Below, piece after piece: positions 12,561-25,671 of a stretch of 64,000 nucleotides of DNA (its first letter is position 1; every line of letters begins with the position of its first letter). The stretch covers positions 108,438,001-108,502,000 of the forward strand of contig NC_043003.1 of assembly GCF_006345805.1 (NCBI RefSeq), in the 5' to 3' direction. The notes beneath the pieces are model-generated. The model did not search any database. It worked only from the letters and a program-made list of their open reading frames with translations, and was not told where the DNA came from. Source of the DNA: Octopus sinensis. Lineage: Eukaryota. The position numbers and the translations under genes are program-made.

Positions 12561-12602
12561 AGGAAGTTTAGCATCTGGGAATGCAGTTTCCATTTGAGCC
12601 AT
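12561..12602 (-). CDS. Start-codon coding segment (MAQMETAFPDAKLP) of the same gene; full exon probably 12561-12743
   Basis: Acceptor CATTTCTCTTTTTCAG at 12744 and donor CCT|GTAAGT at 12560. ATG at 12602 lies in ACAATGG context with an in-frame TGA 9 codons upstream. The 14 codons end in phase 0, matching the phase-0 start of the 6747 exon. Confidence 0.75.
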
Positions 12603-12975
12603 TGTTGCTGAAATTATGCTGGTTGTTCACTGCAAACAGAGAGGCACCAAAGGTAGGGATATAAAGTAGTCTTGAGAGACTTTGTCAACATTACAGTTCA
12701 CATGATGGGAGGGATCAGCTTGCATGGATGCTTGGGGGCATACCTGAAAAAGAGAAATGTGAATAGCTTGAACAATTCTGGAAACGAACAAGGTAAATGC
12801 TGAAGGACTTAAATTTTAATCAATCAGCTTCCACTTTACAGATTGAAATGAAGCAAATGATCATAAAAAGATTTTTAGAATAAGAATAAGAATAAGATAA
12901 AAAACAAAGGGAAAACAAAAACAAATATAAAGGTTTATATAAGACTAGCTATATATATATATTATATATATATAT

Positions 12976-13266
12976 ATCACCGTGACCGACCAAACCATCA
13001 GATGTTGCTACACATCGCTGGTCACAATGCGTTCGCATTGTTTTAGCCTTCGAATGACGCCACCCCGCTGGCTAAGCGAGCAGGCCAACAGAAGAAAGAG
13101 TGGGAGAAAGAGTGGTGAAAGAGTACAGCAGGGATCACCACCCCCTGCCGGAGCCTCGTGGAGCTTTTAGGTGTTTTCGCTCAATAAATACTCACAACGC
13201 CCGGTCTGGGAATCGAAACCGCGATCCTACGAGTCCGCTGCCCTAACCACTAGGCCATTGCGCCTC

Positions 13267-13267
<1 letters not shown>
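12976..13267 (-). mobile_element. tRNA-derived SINE, family A (second full copy at 41408-41708, plus strand)
   Basis: A box TGGCCTAGTGG and B box GTTTCGATTCC; the two copies are highly similar over about 295 bp and both adjoin (TA)n tracts. Confidence 0.88.
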
Positions 13268-13327
<60 letters not shown>

Positions 13328-13545
13328 CAGTAAGGGCAAAAGAAAAAATTTTTAATGCCAAAATATGCTGAAAATAGACACTACGTCAATAACCATGTAA
13401 TTTACCACTGCAAGCATGTGTTTCAAAGAAAGCCGATAAAAATTTCTAAAAAGTTCCATTATTACAATATCGGACCCAATTTCAGAGTTAGTTCATATGC
13501 TGGCCATTGATAGAAATTTTTTCGAAAAATTCTATCCTATATTAG

Positions 13546-13581
<36 letters not shown>

Positions 13582-14251
13582 TAAATGTAAAAAAAACACA
13601 AACTGGGACAAGAACGCAAAACATTTAGAAGACGATACAAAAAACACGGACGGGACATTCGAAGCCTTCGATCTTCAGTCAAGAACCGGATCATCTTCGC
13701 AATTTCGGCTGATTAATCTTGAGATTGCTCCGACCTGGCCTGCCCCAAATGAAAATCTAAGCCAAGCGCATTAGATTCCTTGGAAGAAAGCCTCGAATGT
13801 ATACAAAACAAAAATACGTAAAATTAATAATGATAATAATAATAACAAATATATATATATATATATATATGCACACACACACAAACATTATTACATTTTT
13901 GTTCAACTATGAAAGAATTGAAATCTCACTTTTCTTCTACTGCCCACCTTTTGGGGAAAATGTCCAACAGTATTTTAGATGCAACACTTTATGGTTCAAG
14001 TTAAAATCCTAACAAGATTGATATGTTTTTTTCATTCTACTGGAGTTGATGAAAAAATGTAACAATGAAACACTAGACCCAATCATATAATTCTGCCTGC
14101 CATTGTGTTATTTAGCCTGTCGGTCACACTTTCATGCGATTAGACATGCTTATTTATGTGGCAGATATATGCAATTTAACTAAAGGTCATATATGTATGG
14201 GAGTTTTTTTGTTTGTTTGTTTGTTTATGGGGGAAATGAAAAAATAAGAGT

Positions 14252-16430
14252 CATCATAATCACCATCATTTAACATCCACTTTCCATGCTGGTATGGGTT
14301 GGACGGTTTGACTGACGACTGGTGAGCCAAAGGCTGCACCAGGCTCAATCTGGTCTGGCAGAGTTTCTACAGCTGGATGCCCTTCCTAAAGCCAACCATT
14401 CCAAAAGTGTAGTGGGTGCTTTTTATGTGCCACCAGCACAAGGGCCAGTCAGGTGGTTCTGGCAATGACCACTCTCACACTCAAAAGGTGTTTTTACATG
14501 CTACCTGCACGGGAGCCAGTCCGGTGGCACTGGCAAATGACCAAGCATGAATGTTGTTTTTCACGTGCCAGTAAGGCAACGCTGGCAACGATCATGCTTG
14601 AATGGTGCTTTTCATATGTCACCAGCACAGGAGCCAATCCGAGGCCCTGGTAATGATCACGCTAGGATGTGCTTTTAACATTCCACTGGCATGAGTGCCA
14701 ATCAGGTGGTACTGTCATCAGCCACGTCAGTGATTTTGGTTTGTTTACACTTGCTTCAATAGGTCTTCACAAGCAAGGTTTATTGTCCAATGAATGAGAG
14801 GTATTCATAAATGGGCTGGTTACACCCACTGGCATATGCCATGGGTTATGGTCTCACTTGGTTTGTCAGGTCTTCTTAAGCACAGCATATCTCCAAAGGT
14901 CCCAGTCACTAGTCATTGCCTCGGTAAGGCCCAATGTTCGAAGATTGTGCTTTACCACCTCATCCCAGGTTTTCCTGGGTCTACCTCTTCCACAGGTTCC
15001 CTCGAGGAACTGCTAGGGTGTGACACTTTCACACAGCTGTCCTCATTCATTCGCAACACATGACCATACCAGCACAGTTGTCTCTCTTGCATACCACAAC
15101 TGATTCTTCTTAAATCCAACTTTTCTCACAGGGTGCTTATACTGTTGTGTATGCACACTGACATTACACATCCAGCAGAGCATACTGGCTTCATTCCTTG
15201 CAAGTTTACGCATGTCCTCAGCAGGTCAAGGCCCATGTTTCACTGCCATGTAGCATGGCTGTTCGTACACATGCGTCATGCAGTCTACCTTTTACTCTGA
15301 GCGAGAGGCCTTTTGTCACCAGCAGAAGTAGGAGCTCTCTGAACTTTGCCCAGGCTATTCTTATTCTAACAGCTACACTTTCAGCACACCCACCCCCACA
15401 ACTGACTTGGTCACTTAGGTAATGCAAGCTGTCAACTACTTCTAGTTTTTCTCCCTGGAATGTGACGGAAGCTGTTCTCTGCTCATTTCCAGTATTTATT
15501 GCTCCTGAGCATCTGCCACATACAAAAACTATCTTCCAAGTTAGCCTCCCTTTGATATTACTGCACCTCATGTGTCCATAGCTTACACTGGGTACATCTT
15601 ATGGAGTTTCTACCTATGCCTTTTCTACAGATCGAGCAGGGCCATCTACCTGAAGGGATTTGTGGTTTGTTTGCCTTCCTACTTATTAAGACTTTGGTTT
15701 TAGCTAGGTTGACTCTAAGGCCCTTCGATTCTAATCCTTGCTTCCACACCTGAAACTTTTCCTCTAGTTCTGATAGTAACTCAGCAATTAGAGCAAGGTC
15801 ATCAGCATAGAGGAGTTCTCAGGGGCATCCCCTCGTCAATTTGTCTGTTATTGCCTGGAGGACTAAGATGAATAAGAAGGGGTTGAGGACTGATCCTTGG
15901 TGGACCCCTACCCCTACCTGGAATTCTTCACTACTTGTTGCCAACCCTCACCTTACTGACAGCATTCCTGTACATGGCTTATACAGCTCTCACTAGCCAT
16001 TCATCTATCCCTAGTTTCCTCATTGACCACCAGATAAGGGATCGGGGAACCCTGTCAAAGGCTTTCTCCATGTCAACGAAAGCCAGGTACAGCGGTTTAT
16101 TTTTGGTGAGGTATTTCTCCTGCAGCTGTCTTACCAGAAATATAGCATCAGTAGTGCTTTTCCCTGGCACAAACCCAAACTGCATCTCATCTAAACTGAC
16201 TCTCTCTCTCTCTCTAATTAGTTGGGCTATGACCCTCTCCATGACCTTCATTACGTGATCCAACAACTTGATACCTCTGTAATTATTTGTATCTAAAGCA
16301 CCTTTACCTTTGTAGCAGTTGACTATGATTCCTTCATGTATCACCTGGTTAACTATACGGTTGACTAGGCTATAGCCGACACCGCCAGATATCTTGAGCA
16401 TCGCTGTGCTGATTCCTGATGGGCCAGGGG
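14252..16430 (-). mobile_element. Second, more decayed copy of the same RTE family
   Basis: ORF fragments 15979-16401, 15558-15749 and 15218-15571 match the 8659 ORF, including the PHD (GRWPCSICRKG...). The 3' tail TGGATGTTAAATGATGGTGATTATGATG is at about 14252-14280. Confidence 0.93.
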
Positions 16431-17370
16431 TCTATTAAGTCTATAAAATTGTGCATAAAGTATATGATGTGCATCAAGTAATCATCATATTCCAATTTCC
16501 TTCACTTTCCAAAGAGTAGCAGATGAGCAACTTTCTTTCCATACAGACACAACACAGGCTATGCTTTCAGGTTTTTTGGATAAAGTTTTCAGAAATAATC
16601 CAATTGAAGTTTACCATTAATTCCATGAAATCTTCACGGTTCCTGCAAGTATAATATACTGGTCTTCCTTCAATTATGAGAATTTTGTTTCTTTAATGCC
16701 CATACTTGTTTTCTTCATTCCCAAATCATTCAGTTGGTTGGTTGGTTGGTTGGTAGTGACCCACACAGGCAATCAGCCGTCACTAATGATGTGTTAGTCA
16801 TCTCTGCTTAGTTACCATTGTGTAAGGTCAAAGAAGAGTAATGTCATCTAGAATAACTTACGGTTATTTTGATGGTGCTTCTGCCAATCTACAAATGGTA
16901 TATGAAGTACCATCACTGTCAATTGCAACAAAAGTCAAGCAAAACAAATGGCATTTGGGTACTAGTAACCGCTTGCAAATTTCTAACTAATTACCATCAG
17001 TACACTGCAAATATATTTATCACATATAGGTTTATAATACAGAAGAAAGATTTTTAATGAAAAAACAAAAATAAGTACAAACTTAAGTTGTAGAAGTCAT
17101 AGGGTCAGTGTATATGTGAGTGGAGATCACAATATTCCTCTCGAATGGGACACTCCTCCATCACGTGGATTACTTATTTACAGCTGAATGGGCAGCAGCA
17201 ATGTGAAGTGAAATGTCATAATCACAATGCACTGCTCAGTCCAGGAATCGAAACCATGATGCCACACTCATGAGCGCAACATTCTAATCACTAGGCTGCA
17301 CACTTTTAGGATAGGATCTTGTTGTTAAACTCCACTTTACAACCAAACCTTTTAATAATGTTTAGGAATC

Positions 17371-17950
17371 AGTAAAATCTCAAAAAGAGATCCATGTAGT
17401 AACTATACTAACAAGTAAAGTTAATCGTCACATCAAAGTGGCTGTTCCATGTTACTATTAGTCTAACCCCAGGCAGATCTTCTGCCAGCTGGTTATCAGT
17501 GCAGCTCTGTACCTTGTACCTATATATTGCTAGCATGGGGAGCTAACCCCTACCTTCCTCCAGCAGATGACAGGATGACGAGACTGACTCAGTTTTGAGC
17601 TAGTATGCTCATCCTCAGTTGTGAACGCCTGGTCACCAGAGAGACACTCCAGCTAGCAATATATTGTAAACAAAGCGACTATCGGTCACTGATTTGCAAC
17701 AAGCAAAGCAGCTGGTAGTAAAATCTCAAGAAGAGATGAGAATAGTAACTATACCAACAAGTAAAAGTTAATCGCTACATCAAAGTGGCTGTTCCATGTT
17801 ACTAATAGTTTAACCCCTGGTAGATCTACTGCCAGATGGTTATCGGTGCAAGGGTGCAAGACTGCCCAATAACCAGCTGACAGAAGATCTGCCTGGGGTT
17901 AAACTAGTAATAACTTTGATGTGGCAATTAACTTCACTTACTTTGTGGGA
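17371..17950. repeat. Direct-plus-inverted repeat (A, A', inverted A) foldback structure
   Basis: A unit of about 130 bp at 17371-17503 recurs at 17717-17850 and again, inverted and partially deleted, at 17867-17946. Confidence 0.88.
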
Positions 17951-18735
17951 AGTTCTTCAGTATTTTTCCAGGAAAAAAAAAGTGTATCACAGGAATCAGG
18001 AAATATGCTAAGTTTATAAACATCTAATATGCATAGCAAAACTGTAAGCAAATAAATTAACAGAATTTAATTGACTGAATTAATTAATGGATTTCACATT
18101 TTTCAATAAAGAATATTCCAGTTATTCAATCATATTTATTATAATGTAGCTAAATGTGTATTATGCATCCATTTGTATTCTTAACTATCTTTTCAGTATG
18201 ACAAGGAAGAGCATACAAATTACAAGTTAAAAAGCCATCAGATATCAATTTTATTCTCAAGGGTTGGGGCTGACCATGATACTATGCAGTGGGCTTTAAC
18301 CCAGATCACTGAGAGTGAGAGGTACACTTCTAAACCACATGACCAAATACCCATAATGCACTTACTGCAAACTGTCTCCTTTGCACTCAAATACGAATGC
18401 TAAGATAAATAATTTTTACAGGTTATCTCCCTTGGTTAGTAGAGTCGGTGATTAATAAATACAACAGAAGTTGGCTTAACAGATCATCCTTTCGAGGTCA
18501 ATAAAACGAGGATCAATAAGGGCCGATGTAATCGACAAGCCCCATCTCCTGAAACTGTTGGTCTTGTGCCAAATTTTGAAACCAGTATTAATTGTGGTTG
18601 TTGAATCAATGCAGACCTGTAACAGTTTTAAAGAATAACCTTTGCTTAGCCCAAGTTCAGCTCCTAGTGAGCAAAACGAAGGAACGAGAGCTCTATATGT
18701 GACCATCCCTTCAATATATATGTGTGTGTGTGAGA

Positions 18736-18948
18736 GTAATTGAATAAATTGGAGTCGACAAGAAGGGGTACGATTGGACATTTATTTTTTAATCACTACA
18801 ATTGTTTTGATGCAACATAGTTTTCTAGGTGTGCAGGTACTTGATTATGCACACCTAGAAAACTACATTGCGTCGAAACAATTGTTGTGGTTAAAAAATA
18901 AATGACCGTCCGTAGCCCTTCTTGTTGACTCCAATTTTTTCAATTACC
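18736..18948. repeat. About 210-bp near-perfect palindrome (MITE-like)
   Basis: The left arm GTAATTGAATAAATTGGAGTCGACAAGAAGG...TTTTCTAGGTGTGCA is the reverse complement of the right arm; loop about 12 nt. Confidence 0.9.
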
Positions 18949-19727
18949 TATTCACACATGACAGATGACCAAACACAAACCATATAATACTACTATTGGA
19001 TAGCACAAGGTGGTTGAGCTTTATACTGTACTCTACTATGTTCTTAACAGAATATACCATAACTATATATATACACACACATACCTATAACAGAGAAAAC
19101 CTTGCTCATGGTATCCTTCTCTAAGATGGTAGGATGTGGGTCCAGGCAAGATTTGATAGCGTACGGTGGCAGTAACAGATTGAACCTAAAGAAAGTGATT
19201 TCACACTACATTTACAACAGGTGTTTGATTTCACAACTAGTGTTGAAATATCTTTAGAATAAAGTACAACTTTGAGAGTGGAGAGAGGGGTTGTTTGTGT
19301 TTGTGTTCTACGTAAGTTGTTCATTATGAGTGGCGTTGCTGTCCACTTCCTGTCCACAAATCATCCATTTGCTTTGCACCTTCAAAGACATGTGAAAAGA
19401 CTGCTTACTTGGAAAACAGATAACTGTTGGCAACAGGAAGGGCATCCAGCTGTCAAACAATACTTCAACTACCTTAATAAGATATTCATCTAAGCCATGC
19501 TTGCATAGACAAAACAGAAGTAAAAGGAACAAAGAAACAATACATAAAAATTAGTGCAAACATGCTAATTAATGGATAACACATTTGCCACACTTCACGG
19601 AAGGTGGACATTAAATGATGATGGGGATTAAGAAATAGGTTGTAAGAGAACGTGAAAAGAACTTAGACAACTGCATCTTCTCATGTTTTGTCACACATTT
19701 CTTTTGTCCAAGTTTTTGAGATGGTCA

Positions 19728-19758
<31 letters not shown>

Positions 19759-22700
19759 TGCAGTTTCACACTTGATTTTGTAAATAGACTCAACTCAGTT
19801 TTACTGCAGGATGGTGAAAACCATTCCAAAGATGACCATTCAAACGACTAGGACCACATTATCCAATGTATCCCTTTTTAAGACCGGAGAGAGATTTGAG
19901 GGAGATTTATCTGCTAGAGACCATAGATTTTGCTCTTAAGGATCTCAGAATGACAAAATTACATTCAGGTCTAGAAACATTTACAGCAAGAAATCTTAAT
20001 TTCTTCTCAAACTTGGACTTACAATAAAATCATTAACTCTTTGAACATGCAAAGCAGATACAATCACTCGATATTTTGTTACTAGTAACTGTGGAAAGTG
20101 TTTTAACCCCATAGCTTAAAAAAAAAAGAAAGAAAGAAGAACTTTATGCGGCACAAAGTGCCTACATCCCCAGTGACACTTGTTACAGATGAGAGTTTTT
20201 TCGGATTCTCTTAATTATTTACAGATATTTCATAATATATTTCTTTACAGAGCAAAAATCAAATGCTTTTAGTGCCGGATATAAACATTTCCATAAAAGA
20301 TACTAAAGAAGTATTGGAGAAACAGGAAATAGCAATTCTGTTTTTTTGATAAATAATGGGGTACATGTAGACATTGTTGCCTTCAGATTTTTTCTAATTT
20401 TTTTCATAATTGTTCAACCCCTTCAAGATCAACTTACTTGAGACTGACTGATTCTGATACAAATTCAAATGTCTTAAAATTATTTTGATTAAAACTTTCA
20501 ATTAGAATTTCATACTAATTTGGGTTCTGAACACCAGCTTGATAATGACAAAATTATTTTGATGAATTCTTTATTATTTTCAAAAGAAATGTGATAAGAA
20601 GAAGGTTAAATTAAATCTATGTAAAGTGTAATTCCAAGAAATATAACAAAAGGGTTCCTATAGAGTTCCTATATAAAATATGAATCTACACAGACAGGGT
20701 TCGAGTTTAGTACAAGTAGATTTCTCCAAAATAGTTGGTACCTAATTGCCAATGCTAGTGGAACTGGAGAAGGACAATATTACTGAACAGTCTAAAACAC
20801 CTCCCGTCATCATCAGTTTTGTTTATTTTTCCATACTAGTTTCAGTTAATCGATAGAATATTTTCTCAGCCAAAATCTTACAAAGTATATATATCATAAT
20901 TTTTTTCTTATTTTTTTATAATTGTTTAACCCCTTCTGCATTGGTGTTGTGGTTTTCTTTACAGCTAAAGTTGGGGGGGGGGGCTGTCAAGGCACCGCTA
21001 CAAGTCGTCTTAAACTTAGAACACTTTCCATTCCATAATGAATCAATTTTTTCCTTTCTGTTCATTGCAGACTCAGCTAAAGAAATGTCTTCAAAACAAA
21101 CAAATGAATTAGTGAATTCATTAAAATGGTATCAAATCTTAGCACAAGGCCAGCAATTTAAGGAGGGAGTAGTCAATTACACCAACCCCAGGGCTCATCT
21201 GGTACTTATTTTATCAAAGTTGGAAGGACGAAATGCTAAGTCGACCTCTGCAGAATTTGAACTCAGAATCTAATGAATCAAAAGATATACCTCTAAGCAT
21301 TTTTGTCCAATGTGCTTACAATTCTGCCAGCTCACAACCTTAATAATACTAATAATCCTTTCTACTATAGGGACAAGGCCTGAAATGTTGGAGGAGAGGG
21401 CTAGTTGATTACATCAGTCCCAGTGTTTCACTCGTACTTAATTTATCGACCCCAAAAGGATGAAAGGCAAATAGTAATAATAAAGCTCAACATTATTCAC
21501 AACCATTTATAAATGCAATAATCGAGCAAACAAAACTCCCGACTATTTCTCCAACCCACATTACAAATTCAATTGCAAGCATTCAGTTTTAAATTATTCA
21601 CCTTTTTTTTATATATATTTTAGTTCTTTGTATAATGAACATCTTTCAGGCCTAATGTTGTTGTTATTGTTATTATTAAAGAAATAATCATTATTTATGT
21701 ACAATTACAATTATCAATGTGGTAGGCTGGCTGAATTGCTAGCATGTCAGACAAAATGCTTAGCGACATTCTTTTCTGATTCTTTACATTCTAAAGTTCA
21801 AATTACAGGGTCAACAAAATAAGTAGCAGTTAAGCACTGGAGTCAACATTATCAACTGGTTCTCCCACCAGTAAATTTCCAGGCCCTGTGCCTATAATAG
21901 AAAGAATTATTATTACAACTACAAGCCGGTAGAATCATTAGACCATCAGAAGATAATGCCTTATGGCATTTGTTCCAGATTTTATGCTCTGAGTTTAAAT
22001 CCAGCAGATGTAAACTTTACCTTTCATCCTTATAGGATCAATATAATTAAATACTAATCAAGTACTAAGGTCAATATTATCAACTAACCCCTTTCACACA
22101 TGACTGCTGTGTTTATTATTATTCCACACATAACAATAAACCATTATTATTAGTTATTAGCAACACTATGATTCATTATTAAATATCTCATAAAAAAAAA
22201 TTGAATTGAAGAATATAAGTCTAAGGTAGGAGTTCCAACTACCGAGCTGTGGAACCGTGCCATGCCATGGCTCATTTGGCACTGGGCTGCACAGGAAGAA
22301 TAAATTTTATTCCTTTTTATTGACTATCATATTCTGCAAAGTGCTTTTGAGTTATATATGTAATATGTGCCATATTAGGCACCTTATTGTTATGCACATG
22401 GTCCCTCAGTCCCTGAAAAAGTTGTCTTGCATGAGATCAGTCTGTGGTGCAAAAAAAGGTTGGGAACTGTTGGTCGAAGATATATCAATGATTATTTGAC
22501 AGAGTAAGACACCTTGCAAATATAATGTGACTGACTGATGCCCAAGTAACACATTAAGCACTTGAAAAGCTTAAAGCCACAACAAAAACAAACCTGATAC
22601 CAGCACACAATCTACCATGACCATAAAAGTTGATAAACTCCCATTTTAACTCTTTGAAAATCATAAAAATAGAAACAAGGACTCAAACTGGCAACAGGAA

Positions 22701-25254
22701 ATTTGCAGATGCAACACAACTGAGCTATTTGGTGTGGTTTTACATTTAAAATAAAATATGCTTCCCAACAACATGGTTCTGGGTTCAGTCCCACTGTGGC
22801 ACCTTGGGCAAGTGTCTTCTACAATAGTCTAGGGCCAACCAAAGATTTTTGAGTGGATTTGGTAGGCAGAAACTGAAAGAAGCCTCTCGTATATATATGT
22901 ATGTGTGTGTCTTTGAGTGTCCTCCACCACAGCTTGACAACCGATGTCAGTGTGTTTATGTACCCATAACTTAGCAGTTCGGCAACAGAGACCAATAGAA
23001 CAAGTACCAGGCTTTAAAAAAAATCCTGTGGTTGAATTGGTTGACTAAAAACCCTTCAAGGCAGTGCCCCAGCATGGATGCAATCAAATGACTGGAACAA
23101 GTAAGAGATAAAAGAGAAGGTAGAGACCAATGAACTAGTGATAACAATAAGACACTACACCAGCTTCTATAGGACAAGGTACCACACCGGGCACAACTAA
23201 ACCTATATCATAATTATATAAATCAAAATTAAGAAGAAAAAGAAGGAAAACAGCATAAAAAGCAATGCTGGAAATGAAATAAAAGCCGACAACAGATAAA
23301 AGTTTTCCTTTCTTTCTTGCGAACAAGTCATTGTGTTCGTGTAGGGAAGGGGGTGAATTATAAAGCTAATATGTACATACTTTTAACATCTGCTTGGTGC
23401 TTTTTAAGACTTTTCGGAGATATTTTATACATACATGAACTACTTATACAAACACCACCAACAATGAACCAATGAAGGACCTCTACATGGTCACTCAAGC
23501 TGTTAGAAATAGAAGCCAGATAAACGAAACAAAAATACTTTAGTGCCTTAAAAATAAAAAAAAATAGTCTATGAGAGCTGTTGATATATGCTGGACTGCC
23601 TTTGAATACAGGTTTGCTGGATCAGAGTTCACCTGAGCAAAACAACAATATTACATAATGCATTAAAACAAATACTTCAAAGGTATACAAGACAAAAAAA
23701 AAACTGCCACATAACAAAACAGACATTGTTCTTTCATAACATGATTTCTTTAATTAATAGGGACTATTTCAAAGGGCTTTGTATTTTGAAACCTCAGCTT
23801 TAACTATTCAACAACAGCCATAATGTGTGTGTGTGAGAGGGACAGACAGACAGACAGAGAAATTGAGTGAGCAAGGAAAACTGAAAGCAGACGGGAAGGA
23901 AATGAAAGACTAAGTGATTAAAGTACAATTAATATTTAAAACCTGCTGGCTGAGCTGGGAGAACGTTAACCTGCCAGATGAAGAGGAGTCAAGTCGGCAA
24001 TACATATCCTATTATCATCATTATCATTTAGCGTCCGCTTTCCATGGGTTGGATGGTTCAACTGGGGTCTGTGAAGCCAGAAGGCTGCACCAGGCCCAGT
24101 CTGATCTGGCAATGTTTCTACGGCTGGATGCCCTTCCTAACACTAACCACTCCGTGAGTGTAGTGGGTGCTTTTTACATGCCATCGGAACAGGTGCCAGA
24201 TGAGGCTGGCAAATGGCCATGATCGAATGGTGCTTTTTACGTGCCACCGGCACGGAGGCCAGTCGGGGCGGCACTGGCAACAGCCACGTTCGGATGGTTC
24301 TCTTACGTGCCACCGGCACTGGTATCACAGCTACAATCTCCATTGGTGTTGATCAATTCAATTGTATGCTGAAAACTCTTAGATCTCAAATAACATGAGA
24401 TGACACAATGTGTACGTGAGTAGCTGAGGCACTTTATTAATATTTGACAGTGTGAAGTTCAAATTCTATCTCTATGGGATTCTATCAAAGAGAGATAACA
24501 GAATGAGTGAAAACCTGAAAACTAGTGATGATAACAACAAATGAGGAGTAAGCCAAAGCAAAGCTTCTGTTCTGCCAGAAACAGCAAACTAAATCTCCCT
24601 CATCTCCACCTTGAAAAAGGAAGAAAACAATGGATAATATAGATATTGATACACTATGCTTTGATATCAAACACTGTTGTCTAGCTATAGGAGCACTTTT
24701 AAGCAGGTTTGAAAGAAACTAAACAATATCCTACAATGATTCCTGGCAAAAGGTTTCACAGCTTACAAAGTTCAGACATCAAGGATATGACATCTTTCAA
24801 ACAAACCCTGTTTTAAGCCATTTCGTCAGTAATTACTTAGTCAACATCTTTTATACTTCAGTGTGACTCATGGGGTTATTTTAGTAATGTATGGAAGCAT
24901 TGGTTCTGTAATCGATCTAATATATTTGCTAGTTAGGCAAATAACGAAAAAAAGTTTAGTGTGTTTGAGCTTGAATTGTTTTAAGTGGCTTAATAGGTAA
25001 TCAATAAAACTGTGCAAGTGAATCGGCTGATGAAAAATAAGTGGAAATGGAACCTAAATGATATGATCTTTGAATGCAAAAAGATAACTATAACTTATAA
25101 TGAGACAGATAGATGCAGAGTTTTGTATATTTGAGAAATATTAGGAGAGAAATTTTAGTTAATTCACTGGACAGAATAAATAACAGGGTCACAAAACTTT
25201 TTCCTTGTTATTGTTATATTGTTGCTTTGATTTGCCTGATGGGCAAAAAAATTG

Positions 25255-25671
25255 GGATCTTTTCGGTTTGAACGGCAGTTTTTTCTAGCGGTGTCATATG
25301 AAATTGTCACCCATAATTATGACCCTAGTATCCATCTATTGCATTTCAGTCTGTTTTAGGGTTAGGGTTAGGGGTGGGGTGAAGGGTATCTTTTTTCTTC
25401 GCAAATGTAAATAAACCCAATCTGTTTCTTAAATGAGGGACATATTCATACGGCACAGAATGTTTTTTACCTCAATAGACGTCATCGATTGGTTGAAATT
25501 GCAGAAATTGAAGAAAAAAAAACAACAAATATCTTACAAACCATAGAATTTTCTCAATAAAACCAAGAGAAAAAGATATTTTATAAACACATTCTAGCAG
25601 TATACGAGGTTTAAAATTTTTTAGTTACCTAGAAATTATGTTAAGAACTGCCATTCAAACCGAAAAGATCC
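25255..25671. mobile_element. MITE with GGATCTTTTCGGTTTGAACGGCAG TIRs and an 8-bp TSD (Merlin- or hAT-like)
   Basis: TIRs at both ends; AAAAATTG flanks both sides (25247-25254 and 25672-25679). Confidence 0.9.

Noticed and set aside
13650-13690. Hammerhead-like CTGAAGA...CGAATGTC on the minus strand, and a similar CTGAAGA...CGAAAC at about 50080-50110
   Set aside because: Stem II base pair, GAAA core or stem I/cleavage triplet cannot be built convincingly; at most decayed Penelope-like remnants.
25356-25373. (TTAGGG)3 as an interstitial telomere or fusion scar
   Set aside because: Only three units, and they lie inside a MITE whose other copy has one unit.
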